A stretch of DNA of 63,405 bases, the filler included, from Chrysochromulina tobinii (taxonomy: Eukaryota): the NCBI GenBank assembly GCA_001275005.1. It is 7 parts of 7 records of this genome, joined end to end, with 100 filler letters (N's around TTAATTAATTAA, not from the genome) between each part and the next. Parts side by side here need not be neighbours in the genome. Positions count along the whole stretch, not along the records: positions 34,700 to 48,739 come from JWZX01000390.1; positions 48,840 to 59,246 come from JWZX01000391.1; 5 more parts are not named here. One strand, 5' to 3'. Of the stretch, positions 43,819-56,900 are shown in pieces (position 1 is the stretch's first letter; the number at the start of each line of letters is the position of its first letter). The translations under genes and the position numbers were made by a program. The notes under the pieces were generated by a model that searched no databases, was not told where the DNA came from, and saw only the letters and a program-made list of their open reading frames with translations.

Positions 43819-46800
43819 TCACTTCCAGCGCTCCGATGCCGCCTGAGTGGCGGCCGCCTGGCCGCGCTGGATCAGATACTCCTTGAGCAGAGAGGAGTTG
43901 GCCGGGGTGCTGGGTAGCGGCGGGGCGCCCCCCTCCCGCGCCTCCCTCGATCTGGAGAGCTCCGTGGGGGCGCCGAGCTGGGCGCCGCCCTGGATCACGA
44001 GGGTGTGTGCATCGGGCGGGGGCCCAAAGGACGGGTGCGTCGCAGGCTGTCCACTCAGCTCGGCGGCCTTTCGGAACGGGTTGCCCCTGTGCACCCGCCC
44101 AGTGAACGCATGCCCTCCGGTGCCATTCGTGCCATTCGTGCCCGAGCGCGCCCCACCCGTCCCACCCGCCACACCCGCCGCACCCGCCGTACTCGGACGG
44201 ACGCGAGCTGGAGCCGTGCTGGGCGCCGAGCGGCTCAGGGGACGGCTCAGAGGTTCGACACTCAGCAGCTCGCCGAGATTGGCATCGAGATTCGTGTCGA
44301 GATTCTCGTCGCTCAGCAGCATGCCGCCGACGCCGCCGGCCGCGGTCGGTGCGCCAACCGGCGTGCAACCACGCGCCGTCGTGAGCGCATACGAGCCCGC
44401 GGTCGAGCGTTGTCTTGGGCGCGGCAACGGCTCGTCGGGATGGTGGCGGCGGCGTGGGGCCGTCGCGGCCGTCGCCCAACATGGCGCGGGTACCTCGGCC
44501 GGCGGCGGCTCTGGAGGCGGGTAGAGGGCTTGCTGCGAATACGCTTGCTGCTTGTACGCTTGCTGCGCGTAATACGTCTGCACGGCTGGCGAGGAGAGCG
44601 CCTGCTGCGAGTCAGGGTACATCAGGTGCTGTCCGTGGTACATCGGGTGCAGTCCGGGGTGCGTTGGCTGCGGCGGTGAGCAGCCGGCGTACCCCTGCGC
44701 GTCGCCCAACACAGCGCGCGCGTGCGCCTCAGCCTCTGGCGACGTGTGCTCGTCGGTCCAGTGAGGCTGCGCTGTGTTGGGCGCGTGGCTGAGCGAGGGC
44801 ATGGGCGAAGGCGTGGGCAGCGCTGTGTTGGGCAACGGCTGCGCTCCGGCGACGCCGAGCTCATCGGCAGATGGCATCTCCCGCGATCTCGCGTGCTCCA
44901 ACGGCCGATCGTACCGCGGTCGAGCGCCGTCCCGAGCGCCGTCCCTGCCGAGCGAGGCGCCGTACCGAGCACCACCCCCGCCCACGACGGTCGAGCGCTC
45001 CGGCTCGGCAGGGTCGGCGCTCGTTACGGCGCCCACGCTCGGTACGGCGCTCAGCCCGCCGATGCGTAGGCAGGCGCACGCGTGCCTCGCCGCCTCGACG
45101 GCCTCATGCAGGGCCTCGTTCTCGCTCTGCAGCCGCTCGAGCCGCTTCTCATCCTCCTCGGCCAGCCGACCGCTCCCCTCCGCATCGGCCGGGTGGACGC
45201 CGTCCCGAGCATCAGCGCCGTCCCGAGCACCAGCGCCGTCCCGAGCGTGTAGCACGATCGCTGCGCCGGCGCTGACCGACTCGCTGTGCACGAGCGTCCT
45301 CTCAGACAAGGCCATCGCCTCCTCCGCCGTCGCCATGGCCTTCGACGCCGTCGCCATCGCGTCGCCGGCGCCCGCCTCCCCCTGTGGAAACGGCGCCTCC
45401 CCCTGTGGAAACGGCCACGGACGCACTGCGTCAGCCTCCGCGGCGGCAGCGAGCCCGGCCCGCACCGCCGCGGCCGCCTCCATTTTGGCACGCACGCTCG
45501 AGCCCGCGCTGTGAAGCATCTTGTTCACACGCTCCATGGCCTGGGCCTTGGTCCGGTGCCTGAGGAGCTCGCCTGTCTGCGACGAGAGCTTGTCGCGTCA
45601 GATGCAATCCAGTGGCAATCAGATGTAATCAAGGGGCCATCAGTGGCCCTCACCTGCTTCGATAGCTTGTCGCGCAGCTCGTTGCGCTCGCGCTCGAGGG
45701 CAGCGTTCTTAGCCGCCAAGGCCGCGAGGCCATCGCTCAGCCCTCGCATCTCGCCCATCGCGAGATCGCGCCGGCGCTCGTATGCGGCGGCCTCGCGCCG
45801 CCACGGGCGCCCCGCCTCCTTGGCCCAGCTGGTGCTCACGCCGAGCACAATCACGAGCACCTGCTTCATCCGATGCAATCCAGTGGCAATCAGATTTAAT
45901 CCAGTGGCAATCCGATGCAATCAAGTGGCCGAGCACAATCACGAGCACCTGCTTCAAGAGCGTTCATCAGATGCAATCCAGTGGCAATCAGATGCAATCA
46001 TGTGGCCATCAGATGCAATCAAGTGGACGAGCACCTCGCCAGCGTCCATCGCGGGGAAGCTGCTGCCACCGCCGGCGCCGTCCTGGGCGCTCTCGACGCT
46101 GGTCAGGTAGGTGCGCCTGAGGTCGAGCGCGCACACGGGTGGGAAGACCGCATCGGCGCGGCTCTCGTACTGCGACAACCACGAGATGTCGGCCGCCCGG
46201 TCGACGGCGCTTTGCTCGAGCTGCAGCACGGTCTGCGCGCCCGCGACGACGCTCGCAAAGCTCATCGCATGCTGCCGACTGCTGGTGCAGGCAAGCACGC
46301 CCCACTCGACGCCCGCGACGGCGCCCGCCAACGCGGCACCTCCGCTGCCGCTGCTCGTCAACGGGGCGGCGGTGGCGCCGCCGCTCACCGGCAAGGGCGT
46401 CGTGCCGGGCGTGACGAGGGGATGGGACGGTGCCGCGCTGTGTTGGGCGGCGCCTGGCGTCGGCAGGCCAGCGGCAGGCGGCGCGCGGTACAAGGGTGTC
46501 GAGGCCTCCGCGATGCGCCCGAGTTTGCCCAGGCACGCCGCGAGCGTGTGCAGCGTCGCCGGGTACGCGTTCGCGCGGTTGGTGACCTCAAACGCGCGCG
46601 CGAGCTCAGCGGCCGCGCGGCCGAAGCGCGCGGCCGCATACTCGCCCAAGACGGCGCGTCGCTCGTCGGCGGGCAGCTTGGCGAGGCGCGCCGTGCCGAG
46701 CGCGCGCAGCGCCACGTTGTACTTGGCCTGCAGATGCAATCAGATGCAGTCAGGTGCAGTCAGATGCAGTCAGATGCAATCAGATGCAATCAGCTGCAGT

Positions 46801-48739
46801 CAGATGCAGTCAGCTGCACTCAGAGGCACTCAGAGGCACTCAGATGCACTCAGAGGCACTCAGCTGCATTCAGATGCAATCATCTGCACTCAGCTGCACT
46901 CAGCTGCACTCAGACGCAAAAAGCTGCACTCAGAGGCAATCAGCTGCACTCAGTGGCACCTCGCCGCACGGTCCTGTGAAGAGGCGCGCCGCTGTGAACT
47001 CTGCGTCGCTCAGGTTGGACTCGCCGAGTTTTCGTAACCGCACGCCCACGCGCTTGCGCCCCGCGACGAAGCGCTCAGCACGGCGCGCGAGCGGTTCGCG
47101 CGGGAGCCACGCGCCCTTGGGGGCGTGCCCCGTCGCCTGATGAGGGAGGTCATCAGTGGTCATCAGAGGTCATCAGGGGTCATCATCATCATTGGGGGCG
47201 TGCCCCGTCGCCTGATCGATGGTGGCGGTGGTCATCAGTGGTCATCAGTGGTCATCAGTGGTCATCAGTGGTCATCAGTGGTCATCAGTGGCCATCAGTG
47301 GTCATCAGTGGTCATCAGTGGCCATCAGTGGTCCTCAGTGGTCATCAGTGGTCATCAGTGGTCATCAGTGGCCACACGCCTGATCAATGGTGGCGATGGG
47401 TCGGTACGTCTCCGTCGGCCAAGCTCCCGGCATCAGGCCCAGGCGCTCGCGCGCCGTGTCGAGCGCCTCGCGGTCCGCCTCCGTCGCGCCTCCGTCGATG
47501 CCCCCCTCCATGGTCGGGTCCACCACGAACCACCACTCCACACACGAGGTCGTGTGCACGCCATACGTGCCCGCGAACACGAGATGCGCATCTGGCCCGC
47601 TCGTGTGTTCATGCCGCATCGCCTCGAGGGTCAATACGCCTTCCTCGAGGCCTCCTACGAGCCCGTGGAGCCCGCTGAAAAAGTCCGACGGCCCACCGAG
47701 CACTGAGGCACGCCCGAGGCGCTCGAAGCTCTCCGCCTCAAACTCGCGCGCTGGAACGAAGCGCTTGCGGGGGCGCGCGCGCGTCAGATGGGACTGTGGA
47801 GGCGCCGTGCCGGGCTCGGCCGTTGAGCCGCTGACCTCTTCGGCCACAGACTGCTGTGAAGGCTGCTGTGAAGGCTGGTGTGAAGGCTGCTGTGAAGACG
47901 GCTCCGAGATCGGCTCCGTGGGCTCCTCAGCCGACGAGGCCTCGGCCGCCCCGGCGCCCGGCACGGCGCCCGGCACGGCGCCCGGCACGGCGCCCGGCAC
48001 GGCGCGTTGGCGCGCCGCTCGTTCCGCCAGAGCGTGTGCGCGCGCCTCGGCCTGCCCATGCAGCAGCTGGGCGCGTGCCACCACGCGCTGCGCCACCAGC
48101 CCGAGCAGGTCGTCGCCTGCGCCTCCCTCGGTGAGCATGCTCTTGACGAGCGCGCGCGCCGTGCTGAGCGCCCCCTCGTGCGCGAGCGCGCCGCCGCCGC
48201 TTGCGAGCGCGCCGCCGCCGCTTGCGAGCGCGCCGCTGCCGCTTGCGAGCGCGCCGAGTTCTCTCACGAACTCCCTCTCGAGCGCACACAGCTGCGCCTC
48301 GGCCTTGGCAGGCGCCGGATCGAGCGCGAGGCGCTTCGAGCTGCGCTGGAGATACCGGCGCACGCTCAGCCGATCGCGAAGCAGCGCGGTGAGCTCGAGG
48401 CCCTCCAGCCAAGCACCGAGCTGCCACCGCGCCGGCGAAGCGGCGGCGACCTCGAGCGCAGTCTCGCCAACGTAGTCCGACACGGCTCGGAGCTCCGCCT
48501 CGGCCGCGGCCGTCGCCCGGCTGACGGCGGCGGTCAGAGACGCCTCCAGTGCCTCCGAGCGCGCTCCGCGGCCGAGCTCGGCGCGCAGCCGCGCCACCTC
48601 TGCGTCGCGCTCGCGCAGCTTCTCCTCGCTCGCGTGCAGCCTGTCCTTGGTCTCGCGCATCTGCCTAGAGAGCAGCGACTTATCGGAGCGCGCCAGAATC
48701 TCCGACAGCTGCTCCTCTTCGACTTCCGGCCTCTTTGGC
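43819..48739 (-). CDS. Large coiled-coil protein (5'-partial) with a degenerate mono-ADP-ribosyltransferase-like domain
   Basis: Exons ~48739-47380, 47137-46960, 46727-46035, 45860-45654 and ~45576-43819. Motifs DFFSGL..LVG..EAMRHEH...TT...EWWFV, AARLFTGP..KYNVALR, LYRAP, GVEWGVLACTS and VDRAADISWLSQY.....VFPP. Confidence 0.75.
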
Positions 48740-48839
48740 NNNNNNNNNNNNNNNNNNNNNNNNNNNNNNNNNNNNNNNNNNNNTTAATTAATTAANNNNN
48801 NNNNNNNNNNNNNNNNNNNNNNNNNNNNNNNNNNNNNNN
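48740..48839. other. Artificial contig-join spacer
   Basis: 44 N + TTAATTAATTAA + 44 N. Confidence 0.99.
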
Positions 48840-50545
48840 TGCCGATGAGCCTCTGCTCTCCAAAGCCGTCCGTCGCCGCCGTAAGCTCGGCGAGGGTGAG
48901 GGCGACGGCCGCAGGCGGCGCCGAGGGTGCCTCCGGGGTCTCCGATGCAGGCGCCGCTTCTGCGGATGCTGAGCCTGCGGCAGGCGGCGACTGTGTGACC
49001 TCGAGCAGCGACAGCTTCGACAGGTTGGCTTGCATCTCCATCTCCACCGCGTGCTTGCGACGCAGCATCTGGCTCTCCTGCTTGCGCTTCTTTTGGAAGC
49101 GCTCGCGCATCGCCCTCGCCTCCGCCAACACATCCTCGCTTGCGAGTGCGTGGTGCTCCTCGATCGCCCGGACCAGGCCCTCGAACTGCGCGGCCGCCAT
49201 GGCCACACGCAGCGCCTCGTTGGCGGCGGCAGAAGGAGCAGGAGGACACACGACGTCCTCGTCGCCAGCCGCCGCCGACACCTCGCTGTCCGCCTCGGCG
49301 CGGCCACTCGCGGCCGCTGACGCACTCGCTACCGGCGCTCTCGCCTCGCTCGCCCCAGCCTGCTTGGCTTTGGCTTTCTTGCTCGCTTTCTTCGTGTGCG
49401 CCTGCTGCTTGTGCGCAGCCTCTGCCTCCTCCTCAGCCAGCAGAGCCGCAGCGGCAAGCTCGGCTGCCCGCTCGGCTGCCGCACGCAGGAATCTTGCGAT
49501 GACGGTGTGGCCTCGGGCCTCTGCGACATCGAGGGCTGTGCCCGCAGCGCATCGCAAGTCGGTGCGTGCGCTAGCAAGCACGAGCAGCTTGACTATGTCG
49601 CCGTGCCCTTTGTTGCAGGCGTGGTGCAGAGGCGTGCGGCCGTTGCTGCCTGCCTGGTCGACGGCGGCGTGGGCGGCGAGCAGCAGCCGCACGCAGTCGC
49701 CGTGGCCATCGATACAGGCGTAGATCAGAGGCGTGTTGCCGTTGCGGCCTGGCTGTTCGACGACGGCGTGGGCGGCGAGCAGCAGCTGTACGCAGCCGCA
49801 GTCGGCCTTCGATGCAGGCGGCGATCAGAGGCGTGAGGCCGTTGCTGTCTGCCTGGTCGACGGCGGCGTGGGCGGCGAGCAGCAGCTGCACGCAGCCGCC
49901 GTGGTCTTTATAGCAGGCGGCGAACAGAGGCGTGGTACCGTTGCTGGATGCCTTGTTGACGGCGGCGTGGGCGGCGAGCAGCAGCTGCACGCAGTCGCCG
50001 TGGTCTTTATTGCAGGCGGCGTACAGAGGCGTGCGGCCGTTGCTGTTTGCCTGGTCGACGGCGGCGTGGGCGGCGAGCAGCAGCTGCACGCAGCCGCCGT
50101 GGCCTTCGTTGCAGGCGGCGATCAGAGGCGTGAAGCCGTTGCTGTCTGCCTGGTCGACGGCGGCGTGGGCGGCGAGCAGCAGCTGCACGCAGCCGCCGTG
50201 GTCTTTATAGCAGGCGGCGTACAGAGGCGTGGTGCCGTCACTGGCTGCCTGGTCGACGGCGGCGTGGGCGCCGAGCAGCAGCTGCACGCAGTCGCCGTGG
50301 CCTTTGTCGCAGGCGGCGTACAGAGGCGTGGAGCCGTTGCTGTTTGCCTGGTCGACGGCGGCGTGGGCAGCGAGCAGCAGCCTCGTGCACTTAGGGTGAC
50401 CAGTCTCACATGCACGAAGCAGGCAAAGGCCGAGGTCGGCCGCTCCTGTCACCCTGTCGATGAAGCCCACGGCCTTGGCCTCGTCGCCGCGACGGAGCGC
50501 GTCGAACATCGCGTCGACCGCCTCGGCGCTGCCACTCGCGGCCAT
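48840..50545 (-). CDS. Ankyrin-repeat protein followed by the start of an IRAK/Pelle-type kinase; one frameshift near 49804; 3'-truncated
   Basis: About 9-10 near-identical 33-aa ankyrin repeats (G.TPL..AC..GHG.CVQLLL.A.A.VDQA). The repeat register resumes in another frame after ACIEG. Ends LTLAELTAATDGFGEQRLIG at the contig edge. Confidence 0.85.
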
Positions 50546-50851
50546 GGCGAGGGATTTCACAAGTTGATTTCACACCCAGTTTCCGTGTGAAGAGACTGTC
50601 TCAGCTAAACTGTATAACACGAGCAAGGTGCGTATCTTTATTGTAGGGGGTACGCGCTACCGGTTAAGTTTGGCGGTGAGTTTGGAGACAGTTTGCCTCT
50701 CCGTTCTTTCTTGTCTGTCCGACCTGTCGTCCGACTGTCATGCCGACCAAGTTGCTGACCTGACCAGTTTTTTCGTCGCACACGACAGTATCTCGATTTT
50801 TTAAACAACCTCGTAAAAAACTTCCGCAGCGGTTTTGTGATTATCGCGGCG

Positions 50852-53517
50852 TCAGAAGCATGGCGAGCGCGAGCGGCAGCCGCGCCACCGCCGGAGCCAC
50901 CGCCTCAGCGGCGAGAGCGCCCGCAACGGCGCCCGCATCACCGGCGGCGACGTGCGCACCACCGGCGGCGCCGAAGCCTTCGACGAGACCTGACGAAACC
51001 GGACGTCGTGGCGACGAAGCGCCGCGTTGAAGGCGAGGAGATTCTCGGGCCACTCTGGACGTCCCCCAACGGCATCCCTACCGGCCTGGAGGGCTCCTGC
51101 GGTCTCCCAACGGCCCGCCCTCTGGCAAGCGGCGATGGCGACGTTGTAGGTGGTTACGTCCGGGCTCACGCCCGACGCACGCATCTGCTCGAGCAATCAG
51201 GCGCAATCAATCGCAATCAATCGCAATCAATCGCAATCAGTCGCAATCAATCGCAATCAATCGCAATCAGGCGTACCTGCTGGAGCAACCCAATCGCAAT
51301 CAGTCGCAATCAGTCGCATTCAGTCGCACCTGCTGGAGCAACCCAATCGCAATCAGTCGCAATCAGTCGCAATCAGTCGCACCTGCTGGAGCAACCCAAT
51401 CGCAATCAGTCGCAATCAGTCGCATTCAGTCGCACCTGCTGGAGCAACCCAATCGCAATCAGTCGCAATCAGTCGCAATCAGTCGCAATCAGTCGCAATC
51501 AGGCGCACCTGCTGGAGCAACCCAATCGTTTGCTCCCACCGGCCACCCTTTTCGAGAGCAGCGAGGGCGGCGTTGTACGTGATCGTGTTGGGCGCGACGC
51601 CGACCTGCATGCAATCAGACACGCAGAGGAATGTGCAGAGGCACTCAGCGGCAATCAATGTCTCATCAGAGGCACTCAAGCGCAATCATGGTCTCATCAG
51701 AGGCACTCAGAGCACCGTCCGATGTCAATCAGTCGCAATCAGTCGCAATCACCTGGCGCATCTGCTCGAGGAGGGCATTCAATCGCAATCAATCGCAATC
51801 AGTCGCAATCAGTCGCAATCACCTGGCGCATCTGCTCGAGGAGGGCATTCAATCGCAATCAATCGCAATCAGTCGCAATCAGTCGCAATCACCTGGCGCA
51901 TCTGCTCGAGGAGGGCGAGCGCCTCGTTCCACAGCCCGCCCTTGGCACACGCCGCAACGGCAGCACTGAAGCTGATCACATTCGGGCTCACGCCCCGAGC
52001 TCGCATCTCCCGCAGGAGATCGAGAGCTCGCGTGAGCTCGCCGCCCTTTTCACACGCCGAGATCGCGGACGAGTATGAATATACGTCGGGCGTCACCCCC
52101 GCAGATCGCATCTCGTCAAGCAGCCCGTGCGCCTGCATCCAGCGGCGGTCATCAGCGGTCATCAGTGGCAATCAGTGGCACTCAGCGCACCTGCACCACG
52201 TGGCAGAGGGTCATCAGCGGCCATCAGTGCTCATAAGATTGCACTCAATGGCAATCAGCGGCACTCAGCGCACCTGCTGCCACTCGCCGCTGCCCTCGCA
52301 CGCGGCAATCGCCGCATTGTAGCTGTACACGTCAGGCCTGATCCCTGTCGACTTCATCGTCTTCAGCAGCGCGAGTGCCCTCGCGCTCTCACCTGATGAG
52401 GGATGCAATCAGCATGCAATCACGCTCTCACCTGATGAGGGAGGCAATCAGCATGCAATCAGGGAGGTCTCACCTCCTTTAGCAAGCGCCGAGAGCGCCG
52501 AGTTGAACGTAATCACGTCCGGTGCGACCCCGGCAGTACGCATCTCATTAAGTAAGCTGAGTGCACGCTGCCACTCTTGCGCCTTGGCGCACCTGATGAG
52601 GGAGGCCATCAGCATGCAATCAGCATGCAATCAGCAGTCACTCAGCGACGCTCAACGGCAATCTGATGAGTGAGGTAATCAGCATGCAATCAGCATGCAT
52701 GCACGCACGCGGAGATGGCCGAGTTGAAGCTGACCACATTAGGGACATGGCTGATGAGTGAGGTAATCAGCATGCATGCATGCACGCACGCGGAGATGGC
52801 CGAGTTGAAGCTGACCACATTAGGGACGATGTTACACGAGCGCATCGCAACGAGAAGCGAGACAGCTCTCTCCCACTCGGCGGCCTTGGCACATGCGGCG
52901 ATTGCGCTGTTGAACGAGATCACATCTGGCTGCACGCCCGCCTTGGGCATCGTCATCAGCAGCTGCATCGCACGCTCCCACAAGCCGGCCTTGGCGAGCG
53001 CTGACAGGGCGCTGTTGAAGGTGATCGTGTTGGCGTTCAGGCCCGCCGCGCGCATCTCATCGACCAGCCGGAGCGCGCGCTCCCACGCGCCGCCCTTGGC
53101 ACACGCCGAGATCGCCGAGTTGAAGCTGACCTCGTTCGGAGGCACGCCGGCCGCCCGCATCGCGTCAAGGAGCGCCAACGCCTCCTCCCACCGTCCGGCC
53201 TTTTCGCACGCGGCGATGGCCGCGCTGTAGCTGAAGACGTCGGGATCGACTCCGGCCGATTTCATCTCGTCGAGCAGCCCAATAGCGCGCTTCCAGTCCC
53301 GCGAACGGCCGTACGCGCTGATGCCCATGCTAAACTCCTTGACATTCTGCGGCTGGTGCTCGGCGAGCAGCCGCTCAATGTTGGCGCTGCCGTGCGCAAG
53401 CTTGAGGTCACTCTGGTAGAGCTGCCGTCGGGCGCGGTTTGCGTCAAGGGAATCGTGGACCCGTGGGCCGGGTGAGCTCGCGAGAGCGAGCGCATAGCAA
53501 GAGGCAGCTAAGAGCAT
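50852..53517 (-). CDS. Pentatricopeptide repeat (PPR) protein with an N-terminal signal peptide (probably plastid-targeted)
   Basis: More than ten 35-aa repeats P(D/N)V.S(F/Y)NSAISAC.K.G.WE.AL.LL.EM...GV over ~6 exons separated by GCAATCA-rich introns; N-terminus MLLAASCYALALA. Confidence 0.92.
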
Positions 53518-53722
53518 GTTTTTCCAATCAATCTCGTCGATCTGCCGCGACAGCGCGTTTCGTCACAGACATGAACGACATGAACGGAAAGTTCTTAACA
53601 TACCGAGGTGCTGCGTCCTGTGCCCGTGCTCTCCTGTGCTCGCTCATTCCACTTAAGGTTCATCTTCAGTGCATCTTCTCGCAGCCGATGGCGCGATGTT
53701 CATCTGCTGTTGGCGATGTTCA

Positions 53723-53873
53723 TCAGCCGATGGCGATGTTGAACATCTCCTCTAGGTCGAGATCGTCATCATCGATGGCACCCGCGTCGGTCTCCTCGCC
53801 ATATCCACCCTCATAGTAGCGATTGTCTTCCTCATAGCCATCCTCATAGGCGCCCTCGCCGTTGTCGTCCTCA

Positions 53874-53927
<54 letters not shown>

Positions 53928-56900
53928 TCATATTGCGGCTCGTATAGCGGATTGAAGTCGGCGATGAGCTCGTTCACCACGGGCTCGGTGACGGGCCAGT
54001 GCGAGGCACCCTCCTCGTTTTGGTAAAAGTAGAGCTGCGAACCCTTTTCAGGCCACCAGTACTTGTCACCGGCGCCGGCGCCGGTTCGGCGGTGCTGCAG
54101 GCCCATGAGGTAGGCATGCTGCTTCGCGGGCACGTTGGCCACGTGGCGTCGCCATGGCTCGCACGCATGCACGCACGTCGCGAGGTGATCCGAGTGATCC
54201 ATATCCATATCCGGGATGACGACCACGAACGACATCGGGCCGTCCGCCTATCGGAACGCCGCCGCAATCAGGGAGGTTATTAGCGAGGACATCAGTGAGG
54301 CCATCATCAGAGAGGCCATCAGTGAGGCCATCATCAGTGAGGCCATCAGCGCACCTGTCGGAACAGCGCCGCAATGTGCTGATGAGGGACGCAATCAGAG
54401 GTCATCAGAGGCCATCAGCGCACCTGTCGGAACAGCGCCGCAATGTGCAGAAAGCATGCACACACCGAGGCCTTGTCGAAGGGGGGATTCGCTTCGAAGG
54501 ATCCGGAGCGCGGCCGGAAGGACTGAAACGGCCCGACCGCCCCAAAGTAACGGTCGGAGTCGAACCAAGCCGAGCAGTACATTCCGCACCCAAAGTGCTT
54601 GTAGCGGTTGAGCGGTGAGGCGTAGCATTCGAAATCGACGCCGAGGCACCGCTGAGGCGGGGGAGAGGAGGCATTATGAGATGCGCAGAGGCGTCATCAG
54701 AGGCACACCGCACCTGGAGCGTTGCCATCAGAGGCGTCATCAGAGGCGTCATCAGAGGCGCAGAGGCGTCATCAGAGGCACTCCGCACCTGGAGCGTCGC
54801 CATCAAGCGCCGTGGCAGCGCCGCTTGATTGGCACTCTTGTCCATCGAGATCGCATCGTACCTGATGAGGGAGGCAATCAGCATGCACTCAAATGGCCGC
54901 CTGATTGGCACTCTCGTCCATCGAGATCGCATCGAGAGCGCATCTCGTACCGGTACGCCATCGCGAAGAGGCGCGTCAGCATCAGGCTCTCATCGTGCCC
55001 ACCGGAGATGTACATCTCGCGAAGGTCGTCGAAATGCGAGCTCCACATCTCCACCGTGTGCTCCTCCACCTCATCACTGGCGCTGCCCTCGCCGCCACCC
55101 TTGCCGCCGCCCTTGCCGCCGCCCTTGCCGCCGCCGCCCTTGCCCACGCCGCCCTTGCCGCCGCCCAAGCCGCCGCCGCCGATGCCCACCGGTCGGTAGA
55201 CGATCTGCACGGACTCGGGATCCGTTGGGTGAGGGCTCATCAGGGGTAATCAGTGGGTCATCAGGGGTAATTAGTGGGTCATCTGGGGTAATTAGTGGGT
55301 CATCAAGGGTAATTACCTGCACGGACTCGGGATCCGTTGGGTGAGGGCGCTTGAAGACGCCCAGCTGTCTGTCGCCGAGCGTCACGCCGCGATGAGAGAT
55401 GGCCTTTTTCCAGTGCTCCTGGAGCCCCTGGGCGTTCTCAAGCAGATCCGAGGCCGCCTTGGTGGCAAACTTGGAGAGACCCTCAGCCAATTCGTACCTG
55501 ATGAGGGAGGCAATCAGCATGCAATCGGAGGCCGCCCTGGAGTCAAGCTGGGTGTCCCTCTCATACCAGAAGCCGTCATCGTTGGACTCGCGCTGTGGGA
55601 AGTTGGCGCGGTACGTGCTCTTCAGTTGCGACGCCAGCCATCGAACGACGAGCGAGTCTGTGGGCGACGGAAGGGCTCATCAGGGCTCATCAGGGCTCAT
55701 CAGGGCTCATCAGGGCTCATCAGGGCTCATCAGGGCTCATCAGGGCTCATCAGGGCTCATCAGGGCTCATCAGGGGTAATCAGTGGAGGCACACCTGTAC
55801 GTGAGGGAATGACCGGCTCGAGTGGGCACGCGCTATGTGCGGAGGCGTCCGGGTCGGTATTGGCGACCACCACGAAAAAGATCCACTTCGAAATGATGTC
55901 CCATGCAAGCTTGCGCTCCAAATAAGGCAACCGGCGCACCGCGTCCGCCGCGCGCGCGCCGGACGCGGCACCATAGCGTACAGACGAGGGAGGTGGACGC
56001 GCCGAGAGCCCGCCCGAGGCCGAGGCGGGGCTGCCGACGGCATGGATGCGCTGCTCCACGTGGCAGAGGGTCATCAGCGGTCATCAGTGGCAATCAGTGG
56101 CAATCAGTGGCAATGAGGGGCAATCAGCGGCAATCAGCGCACCTGCACCACGTGGCAGAGGGTCATCAGCGGTCATCAGTGGCAATCAGCGGCAATCAGC
56201 GCACCTGCACCACGTGGCAGAGAGCGTCGTAACGGTCGACGGCGCTGCCCGGGAGTTCGAGCCCGTACCTGATGAGGAAGGCCATCAGAGAGGCCATCAG
56301 AGGCCATCAGAGAGGCCATCAGGGAACTCGAGCACATACACAGCCTCCAGTGGCAATCAGTGGCAATCAGTGGCAATCAGTGGCAATCAGTGGCAATCAG
56401 TGGCAATCAATGGCAATCAGAGAACTCGAGCACATACACAGCCTCCTGGCTCGCCGCGGACAGCTGATGAGGGAGACAATCAGCATGCAATCAGCATGCA
56501 ATCAGCAGGCAATCAGGGAGCATACACAGCCTCCTGGCTAGCCGCGGACAGCAGGTCCTCAACTGCCGGCCCAATCTCCTGCTCGAGCTGCTCGTGCAGC
56601 GCCGTGGTGGGCGTTGCGTGCGGCGGCGACAGCGTGAGCGTTGGAGGCACGAAGCTCCGCTCGGGCACAAAGTGCCCGTCGCGAAAGGTGAAGGGCCATA
56701 CCTGATGAGGGAGGCAATCATCATGCAATCGAGATGCGATCTCGGGCACAAAGCGCCCGTCGCGAGAGGTGAGGGGCCATACCCAGGCGCGTAACCACCC
56801 CTTCATCGCCTCCTGCTGCGCGGGCGCGCGGTAGCAACTGATGGCATCCGCGAACTTGGAGTTGGTGACGAGGATGGCGCGCCGTGCGATCGCGCAGTGG

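Noticed and set aside
50837..52322. Plus-strand ORFs with SQSVAISRN repeats
   Set aside because: Translations of intronic GCAATCA microsatellites antisense to the PPR gene.
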